Assembly: GCA_022508825.1 (NCBI GenBank)
Contig: JAFLUI010000002.1
Span: 14,140 to 78,139 of the forward strand
Source of the DNA: Oscillospiraceae bacterium
Lineage (GTDB): Bacteria; Bacillota; Clostridia; Oscillospirales; Ruminococcaceae
Length of the DNA: 64,000 bases
Reading direction: 5' to 3'
Below are positions 28,905 to 37,400 of this stretch, piece after piece. Within the stretch, counting starts at the first letter, position 1; every line of letters begins with the position of its first letter. Made by a program: the position numbers and the translations under genes. The notes beneath the pieces were generated by a model. The model saw only the letters and a program-made list of their open reading frames with translations, searched no databases and had not been told where the DNA came from.

Positions 28905-31208
28905 GTGGAATATTATGAAATTTTAAGATGCATACCTGAACCAAGTAAAAAAGATTCTGTACTTGAGCCTCCCAAGATGCCAAATTACTCCAATAAAGAT
29001 TTAGATAAATTTATTGAAAATCCAGCGGCTTTGCGGGGAAAATATGTAAACTTGCGGCAGAAGCTTGTCGACATATATGAGCATTGTTTTCAATATAATG
29101 AGATCATTCTTAACAATCCCAGCGTAAGTATACTAATGCAATTAATACGCATTAAGCTAATTTCTCCACTTTTTCAACTAGATTATAAAGAATTTGGAGA
29201 AATATTAAACGAAAAATTATATGTATCTTTAGAAACCAAAATTGTAAATACCAAATTATGTTACATTTCGTCATACAATAACAATGTTTATTACTTCATA
29301 AATAACAATATATTGACTTCACGTTCTTTAAGTAAGAATGAAGTTTTAAAAAACATTTCCAAAACTGAACACATACTGGCTTTTGAAAAAGCCTATAACA
29401 TCTTTTGTAAATTTTTGGAAGCGTTTACTAGAGATGATGAGAGTAAGACAATGAAATATTTTATGTATTTTATTGCAAATTATAAAGTTGACAAAAAACA
29501 ACCAACTCCAGATTCTATTTGGGGTTATTTACCAGACCCGTATTTTGCCTTTGGAATCAGTGAAAAAATTACATTTATCCCCAGCACAAATCATCAAGCC
29601 AACTACATTTTAATTGATAAAGAGTCGAAAATATTATTTAATCATGATATGTATTCAGTTGGCAGCTGCTTTTTTAACAATTTTTTGCAATTAAAAATTA
29701 AGGAGAAAGATAAAAAAGCTTTCAACAATATGCTGATTTTGATTTCCAAAATAGTGGGGAAACGATGCAAAAACTTTTCAAAACCATCTTATACAATACA
29801 TTATGATATCTATGATTTAAACAACTATACATACAAATTACAATTTGAAAATTCAACAGTTGATATAACAATAAATGATAGGACATTTGTACCAGATAAT
29901 CTTACTGAACACCAACACTGGAACCCATTTCGTCCAATTGGAATTCTAAATAGCAAAATATTGCAGACAGTAACTGATAATTATAACCCCGAGACGTTAT
30001 ACCAATATTTACATTCTATGGCTTTTGATGCTTTAGATCCCCATCAAATCGATAATATTTCTAAAATGCTGACTATGACATTAATGACATCACATGACGA
30101 GCACAAGGTGGTTATAGTAACTTGTAATTCTAATAATATCTCAGACATTAAAAAATTTTTCACAGGCATAATATGCTCCGAAGAGGCACATAATCTGTCT
30201 GTAATTGATATGAATATTGATATCAAGGAAATAACTCATAAAGACTTTAAAAATAATCTTTGTCAACTTAGCTGCACCAATACAAGAGCTATATTTTTTG
30301 ATCATTTTGATGATAAATTAACAAAGGGTACACTAACTAATTTAATACAGGCACAAAAAGATACACATATGCAGATTATGGTCTTTCAAACCTCAAGAGA
30401 TGTCAGCTATATATCAAATGACAATTTTATACATATAAATTTATCTGACTGGAAAAAGAGGGAAGATATACATGAACTTGATAATTACAACGCACTATGG
30501 GGAAGGCTTTACCTTTCCTTGTATGGACTTCATTTGATTTTCAAAGAAAAAAAGGATAAGTATCGATTCCCACTTGCAGGTGAAAATCTTATAATTGAAG
30601 ATAGTGTCTCAATCATAGTAAGAGACGAAATAGTTGCAAATATAGCTAATGAGTTTATTGAAAAATGTTTTATAGACATTGATGAAGCCAAAAAGCGAAA
30701 AAAAGAACGGCGCAAAGAAATTGCCAAAATAAAAAAAGAAAATCCAGGTGCATCAAATGATACTATTGAGCGCTTAATTAACAAAACACCTTTATTTTCA
30801 ACATATGATGAAGATTTTAAAGTGTATGCAGATACATATTTAGACACACAATGTCCCAAAAGCGTTGTTTCAGCACATACAATTACAAATAAAGACATAA
30901 AAAAATATATAATGAAAAATTATAAAAAAACTTTCAAGCATACACAGATAAACGCAATGTACACTGGTCACGATAACAAAGCTATGGGCTTCCAATATCT
31001 AAGTTTAAAAGAACCGTGGGAAATCACGGAGAAGCAGCTGATGGAAACTAATATAAACAAGACTCCAGATATTGATGAACAAATACAGACAAAACTAAAA
31101 AATTTGATTGAGGTATTGCCTAAAACCATTGATTTCAGTAAGTTGATAGCTACTCCACCTCCAAGTATTCGTATAAAAAGAACACCTGCATCCTCTGATG
31201 AAAATTAA
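28905..31208 (+). CDS. Large hypothetical protein, no recognisable motif (orphan)
   Basis: Long uninterrupted, very AT-rich ORF. The tracked start is TTG at 28884. The in-frame GTG at 28905 has AGGAG 7 nt upstream and is preferred. No P-loop or catalytic motif seen. Confidence 0.6.
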   Translation: MEYYEILRCIPEPSKKDSVLEPPKMPNYSNKDLDKFIENPAALRGKYVNLRQKLVDIYEHCFQYNEIILNNPSVSILMQLIRIKLISPLFQLDYKEFGEILNEKLYVSLETKIVNTKLCYISSYNNNVYYFINNNILTSRSLSKNEVLKNISKTEHILAFEKAYNIFCKFLEAFTRDDESKTMKYFMYFIANYKVDKKQPTPDSIWGYLPDPYFAFGISEKITFIPSTNHQANYILIDKESKILFNHDMYSVGSCFFNNFLQLKIKEKDKKAFNNMLILISKIVGKRCKNFSKPSYTIHYDIYDLNNYTYKLQFENSTVDITINDRTFVPDNLTEHQHWNPFRPIGILNSKILQTVTDNYNPETLYQYLHSMAFDALDPHQIDNISKMLTMTLMTSHDEHKVVIVTCNSNNISDIKKFFTGIICSEEAHNLSVIDMNIDIKEITHKDFKNNLCQLSCTNTRAIFFDHFDDKLTKGTLTNLIQAQKDTHMQIMVFQTSRDVSYISNDNFIHINLSDWKKREDIHELDNYNALWGRLYLSLYGLHLIFKEKKDKYRFPLAGENLIIEDSVSIIVRDEIVANIANEFIEKCFIDIDEAKKRKKERRKEIAKIKKENPGASNDTIERLINKTPLFSTYDEDFKVYADTYLDTQCPKSVVSAHTITNKDIKKYIMKNYKKTFKHTQINAMYTGHDNKAMGFQYLSLKEPWEITEKQLMETNINKTPDIDEQIQTKLKNLIEVLPKTIDFSKLIATPPPSIRIKRTPASSDEN

Positions 31209-31247
31209 TAACATATATTAATGATGTTTTCGTTCAGAAGTACTAAG

Positions 31248-31288
31248 ATCATATCCGCCGCAAAATAAGTGACGGATATGATTTTACT
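31248..31288. terminator. Hairpin between convergent genes
   Basis: ATCATATCCG (31248-57) pairs with CGGATATGAT (31273-82), followed by TTTACTTT. Confidence 0.5.
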
Positions 31289-31846
31289 TTATTTGCCAGC
31301 CTTAACCCTCCTATAAAACGCACTTTTACTCATGCCTACCCTGTGCATAAAATCAGTGGCAGTAATTTCCTTAGCAATCCACTTGTCATACAGGACATTC
31401 CATAGCTGCTCGTTCACGGCAGTTGGCTTTCTGCCCTTGTACTTACCGTTTGCCTTTGCCACTGCTATACCCTCTTTCTGGCGATCCAGAATGTAGCCAC
31501 GTTCAAGCTCGGCAACTGCGGCAAATACTGTCAGCATAAACTTTCCAGCAGGAGTAGTGGTGTCAATGCTTTCCTTTTTGCTTACGAACTCCACTCCCTT
31601 TGCTGTGAAAATGTCAACAAGCTCCAACAGATCACGGGTGTTGCGGGCAAATCTGGAAATGGACTCAACGATAACCGTGTCTCCGGAACGAACAAAGCCC
31701 AGCATTGCTTTAAGCTGAGGACGTTCCTTTGACTTTCCGGACATCTTGTCAATGTATATCTTTTCCACTCCAAGCTGTTCCATGATGACCTCCTGTCTTG
31801 CGGTATTCTGTTCCTCTGTGGAAACCCGTATATATCCGACTTTCAT
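31289..31846 (-). CDS. Small serine recombinase (resolvase/invertase family)
   Basis: 185 aa. N-terminal MKVGYIRVSTEEQNTARQ contains the catalytic Ser. C-terminal HTH. Confidence 0.9.
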   Translation of the reverse strand: MKVGYIRVSTEEQNTARQEVIMEQLGVEKIYIDKMSGKSKERPQLKAMLGFVRSGDTVIVESISRFARNTRDLLELVDIFTAKGVEFVSKKESIDTTTPAGKFMLTVFAAVAELERGYILDRQKEGIAVAKANGKYKGRKPTAVNEQLWNVLYDKWIAKEITATDFMHRVGMSKSAFYRRVKAGK

Positions 31847-31896
31847 AAAAAATCACTCTCCCATTAGACTATACCTTAACGGCACACTAAAAATTG

Positions 31897-31970
31897 ATAA
31901 AAAACTGTCCCGATAGAGTTGAAATCCGAATTACGGCACGTTCTGTAATTCACTCCAATCCTATCGGGAC
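31897..31970 (-). terminator. Long nested hairpin plus U-tract after the amidoligase/GATase operon
   Basis: GTCCCGATAG (31907-16) pairs with CTATCGGGAC (31961-70). Inner GAATTAC/GTAATTC stem. The minus-strand transcript continues AGUUUUUUAUC. Confidence 0.6.
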
Positions 31971-31975
31971 ATTTG

Positions 31976-32902
31976 TCAGTACATTTCCATCATTTTAAGC
32001 TCTGCAATGCTGTCCCTCATTAAACCCGGCTTGTAGAACATTTCTTCGATCTCCAACTCGTCATAGCCGTAATCCACCAGCATAATTACATCTTCTTCCG
32101 GTATACCAAAATATCCGGCATACTCTATCAACGTATCCATAGTACCGTCATAGTAAGGACTTCTATGGAAAAAGCCGTATCCTCCATACCAATCAGGGAA
32201 ATCAAACTGCTGCACTTCTATCACTCCGCTTGGGTCGATCCTCAGGATGTCACCGCAGGACACGTTCACCTTGCTATAATTTGTCAATCCCAGCTTCTTT
32301 ACAACTCTGCTAAGAATTTCGTCAGTGCTTGCATACATATAAAAGCCATTGAACTTGTAAAGTGCCATAGGATTGTCGCCTTTCACTATGTACAGATTGT
32401 TATGACCGTCAAGTATGGTATAACAGAAAGAACCCTCGGTTTTCTCTGCCATCTTTCTGATGGAATCAAAACCGAGGGTATTTTCTTTCTCTATAAGCTG
32501 TACGGCAACGTAGCTGTCCGTCTGGATATGTGTATGCGGTAGCTTTTCCTCATTGCGCAGCATGATGTCATTATGCAGGACACCATTATGCGCAAGGGCA
32601 AATTTCAGCTTGTCGACCTGTCCCGGAAATGGATGATTGTTGTAGTTGAACTTCTCGCTGCCCTGAGTAGTCATTCGGGTATGTCCCATTATTACCCTTG
32701 CATCATCAGGTATCTTATACCACATTTTATGAGCTGCAACGGGTCTTTTATAGATATGCATACCTGAGCAGGTATTGAAAGCTATCCCTGTTGCATCAAT
32801 GCCACGGGCTTCACATTCCTTTGAGAGTACACCGATAATTCTGTTTTTGCTCCGGGTCGAAAAGATATTGCCGTAGTCGATCAATCCAAATAAACAGCAC
32901 AT
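31976..32902 (-). CDS. Class II (Ntn-type) glutamine amidotransferase domain protein
   Basis: Starts MCCLFGL, giving Cys directly after Met as in Ntn amidotransferases. The ATG lies 1 nt after the amidoligase stop, and GAGGAGG sits within the upstream gene's end. Confidence 0.65.
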   Translation of the reverse strand: MCCLFGLIDYGNIFSTRSKNRIIGVLSKECEARGIDATGIAFNTCSGMHIYKRPVAAHKMWYKIPDDARVIMGHTRMTTQGSEKFNYNNHPFPGQVDKLKFALAHNGVLHNDIMLRNEEKLPHTHIQTDSYVAVQLIEKENTLGFDSIRKMAEKTEGSFCYTILDGHNNLYIVKGDNPMALYKFNGFYMYASTDEILSRVVKKLGLTNYSKVNVSCGDILRIDPSGVIEVQQFDFPDWYGGYGFFHRSPYYDGTMDTLIEYAGYFGIPEEDVIMLVDYGYDELEIEEMFYKPGLMRDSIAELKMMEMY

Positions 32903-32903
32903 A

Positions 32904-34010
32904 TTAATATTCCTCCTCACACTCTACCGGTTCGTTTACGTAAAGTCTGCGTTCTTTCAGATAGGTAATAAGCTCCGGTTCCTCAACGCCTGAAACAAAG
33001 TCGCACCAATTCATCAGGGTCATTTCTTCATCCGTCATCCGTGCGGATATATCACATATCCGGTTTACAAGCTGCAGGGCTGCAACAAAGGTATTGTATT
33101 TGAGAGTACCACGGAAAATACGGAACTCTATAGTTTGACTGTTTGTAAGATTAACGCAGGTATAACGTCCGGAATAGTTTTTCTTTGCATTATCAAAGGT
33201 AGCTTTGGGATTTTCCTTGATACCGTATCTTGCCGCCCATCGTGAAAGCTGACTTTCGGTGCGTCTTGAAAATTTAAGAAGCTCCTGCCAGAAACGTTCC
33301 ACAAAGAACAGCACCCTTGAAATGCACGCTTCCTGTTCCTCATGGGTATCGCCAAAGGATGAACGGTTAACATGGATATGCAGTCCGCAGGTTTTTGTTT
33401 TGTGGGAACGATAGCCAAGAGAGGCTGCCTTTCTCATAACATCAGCCCACGGCATTTTGTTAAGATGGTAATCAAGGGACATTGGATGGGTAACGATCTC
33501 CATTCCATCGTTAAGGCTGCTGTCACGCTTTATGTATATACGTCTTGTACTGTCGGCATTAGCAATGTCGATAATCTTTTCCGCATTTGAAGCATACTGG
33601 CCACCTCCGTCAATTTCAAGCTCCACACCAAAATACCGGCTGCTGCTGCCATAAAAGATCGGATCCGGTTTAAAGCTGTAGTCGTGGATATATTCGCCTG
33701 AATCGTGCCTACAATAACAGTTATGGCAATATGGATTATCAGGCTCATCATCCAGATAATAAGCGTCTTCAGCATGAATTGTTCTTCCGCAGTCCTCGCA
33801 GTCTGTATAGTATCGGGTATAGCATCTGTCACAAAGAATGTGATTGCTGTCTCCGGCAACATCGTCAGCCCATATCCTGTCGCCGCAATGACTGCAAATT
33901 ACAGTCTCATCGTCATAACATTCCTGACAGATCTCCTCTCCGTCAAAAGTTTCCATGTCATCAAGGCTGCAGGTGTATCCGCAATGGCTGCATATAAAAG
34001 TATCACTCAT
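32904..34010 (-). CDS. Amidoligase-family (glutamine-synthetase-like) enzyme with N-terminal multi-CxxC zinc-ribbon region
   Basis: At least five CxxC pairs in the first ~110 aa. Then YFGVELEIDGGG, DSSLNDGMEIVTHP and TCGLHIHVN, as in the Amidoligase_2 family. ATG at 34010 with AGGAGG upstream. Confidence 0.65.
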   Translation of the reverse strand: MSDTFICSHCGYTCSLDDMETFDGEEICQECYDDETVICSHCGDRIWADDVAGDSNHILCDRCYTRYYTDCEDCGRTIHAEDAYYLDDEPDNPYCHNCYCRHDSGEYIHDYSFKPDPIFYGSSSRYFGVELEIDGGGQYASNAEKIIDIANADSTRRIYIKRDSSLNDGMEIVTHPMSLDYHLNKMPWADVMRKAASLGYRSHKTKTCGLHIHVNRSSFGDTHEEQEACISRVLFFVERFWQELLKFSRRTESQLSRWAARYGIKENPKATFDNAKKNYSGRYTCVNLTNSQTIEFRIFRGTLKYNTFVAALQLVNRICDISARMTDEEMTLMNWCDFVSGVEEPELITYLKERRLYVNEPVECEEEY

Positions 34011-34462
34011 TTTTGATCTCCTCCTAAAATAAAGAATGGGCAAGTCCCAAAAGACTTGCCCGAAGCATTTGATATTTGTTTTCTGACTACATTACCTCCT
34101 ATAAAAAATAAGCCGCAGCATAAGCTACGACTTATTTTCGCTTCCGAGAATGACGTCAATTACTGCACACAGAATTGTGGCAATAGTAATGACCGCCATA
34201 TCTACGATTTTTGTTGCCATTTTCTCGGATATTGTGTTACCCGAAAACACGTCTGTAAAAAGATTTTATGAATGTCTCCAGTATGCTCTTGATCGTCCTC
34301 AACAGATTTTTCATCATATAGATATCCTCCTTTAATTTGATGAAGCTATGCTTCTCATGGATATAATATATGATTGAAAAATGAGGGTTTACATGGTATA
34401 GAAACAATATGATATATCACAGTTTACAATCATATATGTATAAATAGAAAAATGTAATTTGT

Positions 34463-34996
34463 TTATTTATTCTTCTTAAATTGCTTTTTAAACTCTGATT
34501 TTAGCATATTTACTCCCTTAGAAGAAGTTAGCTCTGAATCGTTTAACTTACCCATTTTTATTTGTTTACAAACTTCTATGAAAGCCTTACCCATAGCTAG
34601 AGTAATCACGCCCGCAGTTCCCCCTGAAATCATACCACCGACAACTGAACCAATTCCTGGAACAAATTTAAAAACATTCGACACAATAGTTTTTCCTATT
34701 ACTGTTGTCCCGCCAACTCCCAAAGCTGCTATAGCAAGAGTTTTAAGTCCATCTTTTTTTACATCAATTTTGAATATTCCTGCTATCGTAGCCATAAGTG
34801 CAACTTGTTCACCAATAAGTAACGGGGCATCTGCAAATGGGATCGGAACAGCGCCTGTGGCAGCCGTTGCTGCAACTGCCGCTGCGACAGCATTATCTGC
34901 TTTTTCAAGCATTTTCTTGATTTCCAGATATTTAAGTTCATCAATAAAGTCATCATCGACTCCCTCATTTTTTAAATTCTCATACTCGTTTGACAT
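34463..34996 (-). CDS. DUF697-like glycine-zipper membrane protein (gene D of the 4-gene operon)
   Basis: 177 aa. Hydrophobic Gly/Ala-rich helices (GAVPIPFADAPLLIGEQVALMATIAGIF and VPGIGSVVGGMISGGTAGVITLAMG). AGGAGG ribosome-binding site. Starts 18 nt after gene C. Confidence 0.6.
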   Translation of the reverse strand: MSNEYENLKNEGVDDDFIDELKYLEIKKMLEKADNAVAAAVAATAATGAVPIPFADAPLLIGEQVALMATIAGIFKIDVKKDGLKTLAIAALGVGGTTVIGKTIVSNVFKFVPGIGSVVGGMISGGTAGVITLAMGKAFIEVCKQIKMGKLNDSELTSSKGVNMLKSEFKKQFKKNK

Positions 34997-35014
34997 AGTT
35001 AATTCCTCCTAAAT

Positions 35015-36457
35015 TTACATTGTAAAATAATTATAAATATCTTCTTGACTTCTTAAAATCCTGCTGCTGTCTACTCCTACCAATTCAGCAAGCTTAATTG
35101 AACCATCAAAAGCAATATTGATGTCAATATCGAAAGCTAAATCTACAGCTGATTTGAATTCCTTGAATTTTTCCATAAGAAATTCGACCAGTTTTCTATA
35201 TTCATCATCAAGCTGTGCATTTAGCTTATCAATAGCAATATTATGCTCCTGAATGCATTGTTGTTCTTTCTCTAAACAGCATTCTTTTGCAATGCCATAC
35301 ATAAACATACCGGCAGCATTACCGATCATTGCACCAAGAACAGGAATAGGTATAGCTACCTGACCTAAAACAGAAGCTATTGCACTTATTGACACATCAA
35401 GGCAAACTGTTTCGGAATTAATAATAAATTCCTCATTATCAATATTTCCCTTTCTTAATTCATTTGCCTGAGAGACAACACCAAAGGCAGCCGTAACAAG
35501 TGCGGAAGCAACATTAGCGGGTGTGGCAGTAAAATTAGTAAGCGCATATACACTTGCTCCTCTTATACCACCTTTTGCTGTATCTATTCCAGTAGTTAAA
35601 CCAATCTCCTTCCAATCCTCAGCAGTAAATTCATTAAGTTTTTTTCCGGATTTTAATTTTTCCCTAACTGCCAGACAGAACGATACACTTCCCTCTAAAG
35701 CTGCACTTATAACAGTAGCTTTAGCTCCTTCTTTTAGTGTCGGTTTAGATGCTTCATATGCTTTATCACGCTGATTTTGATCCTCTTTCTTTATATTTGA
35801 TTCTTCTTTGGAAATTGTTTCTGATACTTTTCCTTTCTGCACCTCATCATATTTTGCAATGGATGAATTAAGATTTTTAGATATACTAAGTCCGGTATCA
35901 TTTTCAAATTGTTTTACTTTGTTTAATAAACTCCAATCCTCTTTACTTAATAATGATGGACTTTCATTAGCAAGTTTTATGACTCTGCTAATCTCTTCAT
36001 ATTGATCTTTCGGAATATCATAAGCACCGCCATCATTTATAAAATCCGGATATTTGAGTAAATGCTTTTTTATATGATTTAATGTATTTTCAGCGCCATT
36101 AATGAATTTCGATTGAATTGGCTGACCGTTTTTCAAATAATCTTCAGGTGCTGTTCTGCCAACCCCATCAAAAGTATATTCACTGGCTAATCCTTTAATT
36201 AAATTTCTTGCATTTGAAATATTTACCTGAATATGCTCTGCAATTTCTCCATGCTTTGTATCTGGATTTCCGAGAATATGACTTGGGTCACCTACAAACC
36301 GCTTTAGTTCGTCAAGTTCTTCAAGAGCTTCTAACAGATTTATATCCTGCTGTGTTAGCTTTTCTATCAATCTATCAAGCCTTAATTGATTCAAATGGTC
36401 TATCCAAGCTGCAGATGCTTGTTCTTGGGTACTTTTAAGTATTTTCTTACTATCCAT
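35015..36457 (-). CDS. Hypothetical protein: soluble N-terminal ~230 aa plus C-terminal hydrophobic helices (gene C)
   Basis: 480 aa. The C-terminal half carries helices such as VSISAIASVLGQVAIPIPVLGAMIGNAAGMFMYGIA, which share the (A/V)PIP motif with gene D. Starts 14 nt after gene B. Confidence 0.6.
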   Translation of the reverse strand: MDSKKILKSTQEQASAAWIDHLNQLRLDRLIEKLTQQDINLLEALEELDELKRFVGDPSHILGNPDTKHGEIAEHIQVNISNARNLIKGLASEYTFDGVGRTAPEDYLKNGQPIQSKFINGAENTLNHIKKHLLKYPDFINDGGAYDIPKDQYEEISRVIKLANESPSLLSKEDWSLLNKVKQFENDTGLSISKNLNSSIAKYDEVQKGKVSETISKEESNIKKEDQNQRDKAYEASKPTLKEGAKATVISAALEGSVSFCLAVREKLKSGKKLNEFTAEDWKEIGLTTGIDTAKGGIRGASVYALTNFTATPANVASALVTAAFGVVSQANELRKGNIDNEEFIINSETVCLDVSISAIASVLGQVAIPIPVLGAMIGNAAGMFMYGIAKECCLEKEQQCIQEHNIAIDKLNAQLDDEYRKLVEFLMEKFKEFKSAVDLAFDIDINIAFDGSIKLAELVGVDSSRILRSQEDIYNYFTM

Positions 36458-36471
36458 TACATCTCACACCC

Positions 36472-37314
36472 TTATTCAACTGTTTTGTTGATTAGTTCAG
36501 CCAATGATAGTGTATTATTTACTAACGTACCAAGCTGTATCTGAACATCTCCGCTCAATTTGATGAAATCTGAATTTTTATACTCAGAAAGATCGTTATG
36601 TTGTACGCTCAGTTTGTCATGAAGTACTTCTGTTTCATCGATCAAATTATGTACTTTCTCATTGCAATTAACAACAGAGGCTCTATACTTTGCAATTTTT
36701 TTCGCTTCCTCTACCGCCTCGTCAGCAATTTTGCTGTTCTTAGCTGAAAGTGAAATCAAAGATACACCAGTCCCTGCGGCAGCAATACCCCATCCAATTG
36801 GTCCTGCTAACGCAAGTAATGCCTGTCCTGCTGCTATACCACCTCCACCTGCTGTTAAAGCGCCTCCACCAAGCCATGCTAACGCCGCCTTAGTAGCTGC
36901 TGCTCCAGACAGGGTACTTATTGCTGTTCCAGTCGAGGCTGTTCCAAAGGTAGTAGCAATGCTCATGGCAACAGTAGGAGCCATCCCTGCAAAAGCACCA
37001 CCTGCACCTATTGCAGACATAACACCTACACCAGATTTTACATTACTTTCCATAGCTTCTTTAGCATATGATTCTGTTTCCTTAAACTTATCTCTCTCCA
37101 TGTAAATACGCTGGATTTTCTGTTCAAAATCTTTCGGCGTATTGGCAATACTATTAATTAATTCACCAACTTTTTCAATACAAATAACAGCTGATACCCG
37201 TTCACGATATAAAGTATCACAGCTTGTCATCATTGTTTGATATGCACTGTCATATTTATCCACCTCTTTTTTATGAATAGCGAGTGCATCCTTTTTTAAA
37301 GACGAGTTAAACAT
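36472..37314 (-). CDS. Coiled-coil protein with central Gly/Ala-rich glycine-zipper membrane region (gene B; paralog of gene A)
   Basis: The central ~95 aa read GVGVMSAIGAGGAFAGM...LAWLGGGALTAGGGGIAAGQALLALAGPIGWGIAAAGTGV. The helical N- and C-terminal arms are homologous to 37401..38288. ATG at 37314 has GGAGGA upstream; the tracked start is 37329. Confidence 0.6.
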   Translation of the reverse strand: MFNSSLKKDALAIHKKEVDKYDSAYQTMMTSCDTLYRERVSAVICIEKVGELINSIANTPKDFEQKIQRIYMERDKFKETESYAKEAMESNVKSGVGVMSAIGAGGAFAGMAPTVAMSIATTFGTASTGTAISTLSGAAATKAALAWLGGGALTAGGGGIAAGQALLALAGPIGWGIAAAGTGVSLISLSAKNSKIADEAVEEAKKIAKYRASVVNCNEKVHNLIDETEVLHDKLSVQHNDLSEYKNSDFIKLSGDVQIQLGTLVNNTLSLAELINKTVE

Positions 37315-37400
37315 ATCCTTATCCTCCATTTTTTATTTACATCATTAGATGACATTTATAATAAATATCAGCATCAATGCTATTTGTAAATATGAGACAT

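Noticed and set aside
34056-34335. Plus-strand ORFs 34056..34271 and 34150..34335 from the track.
   Set aside because: They have no ribosome-binding site, are odd in composition, and are antisense to better-supported short minus-strand ORFs in an otherwise all-minus-strand region.
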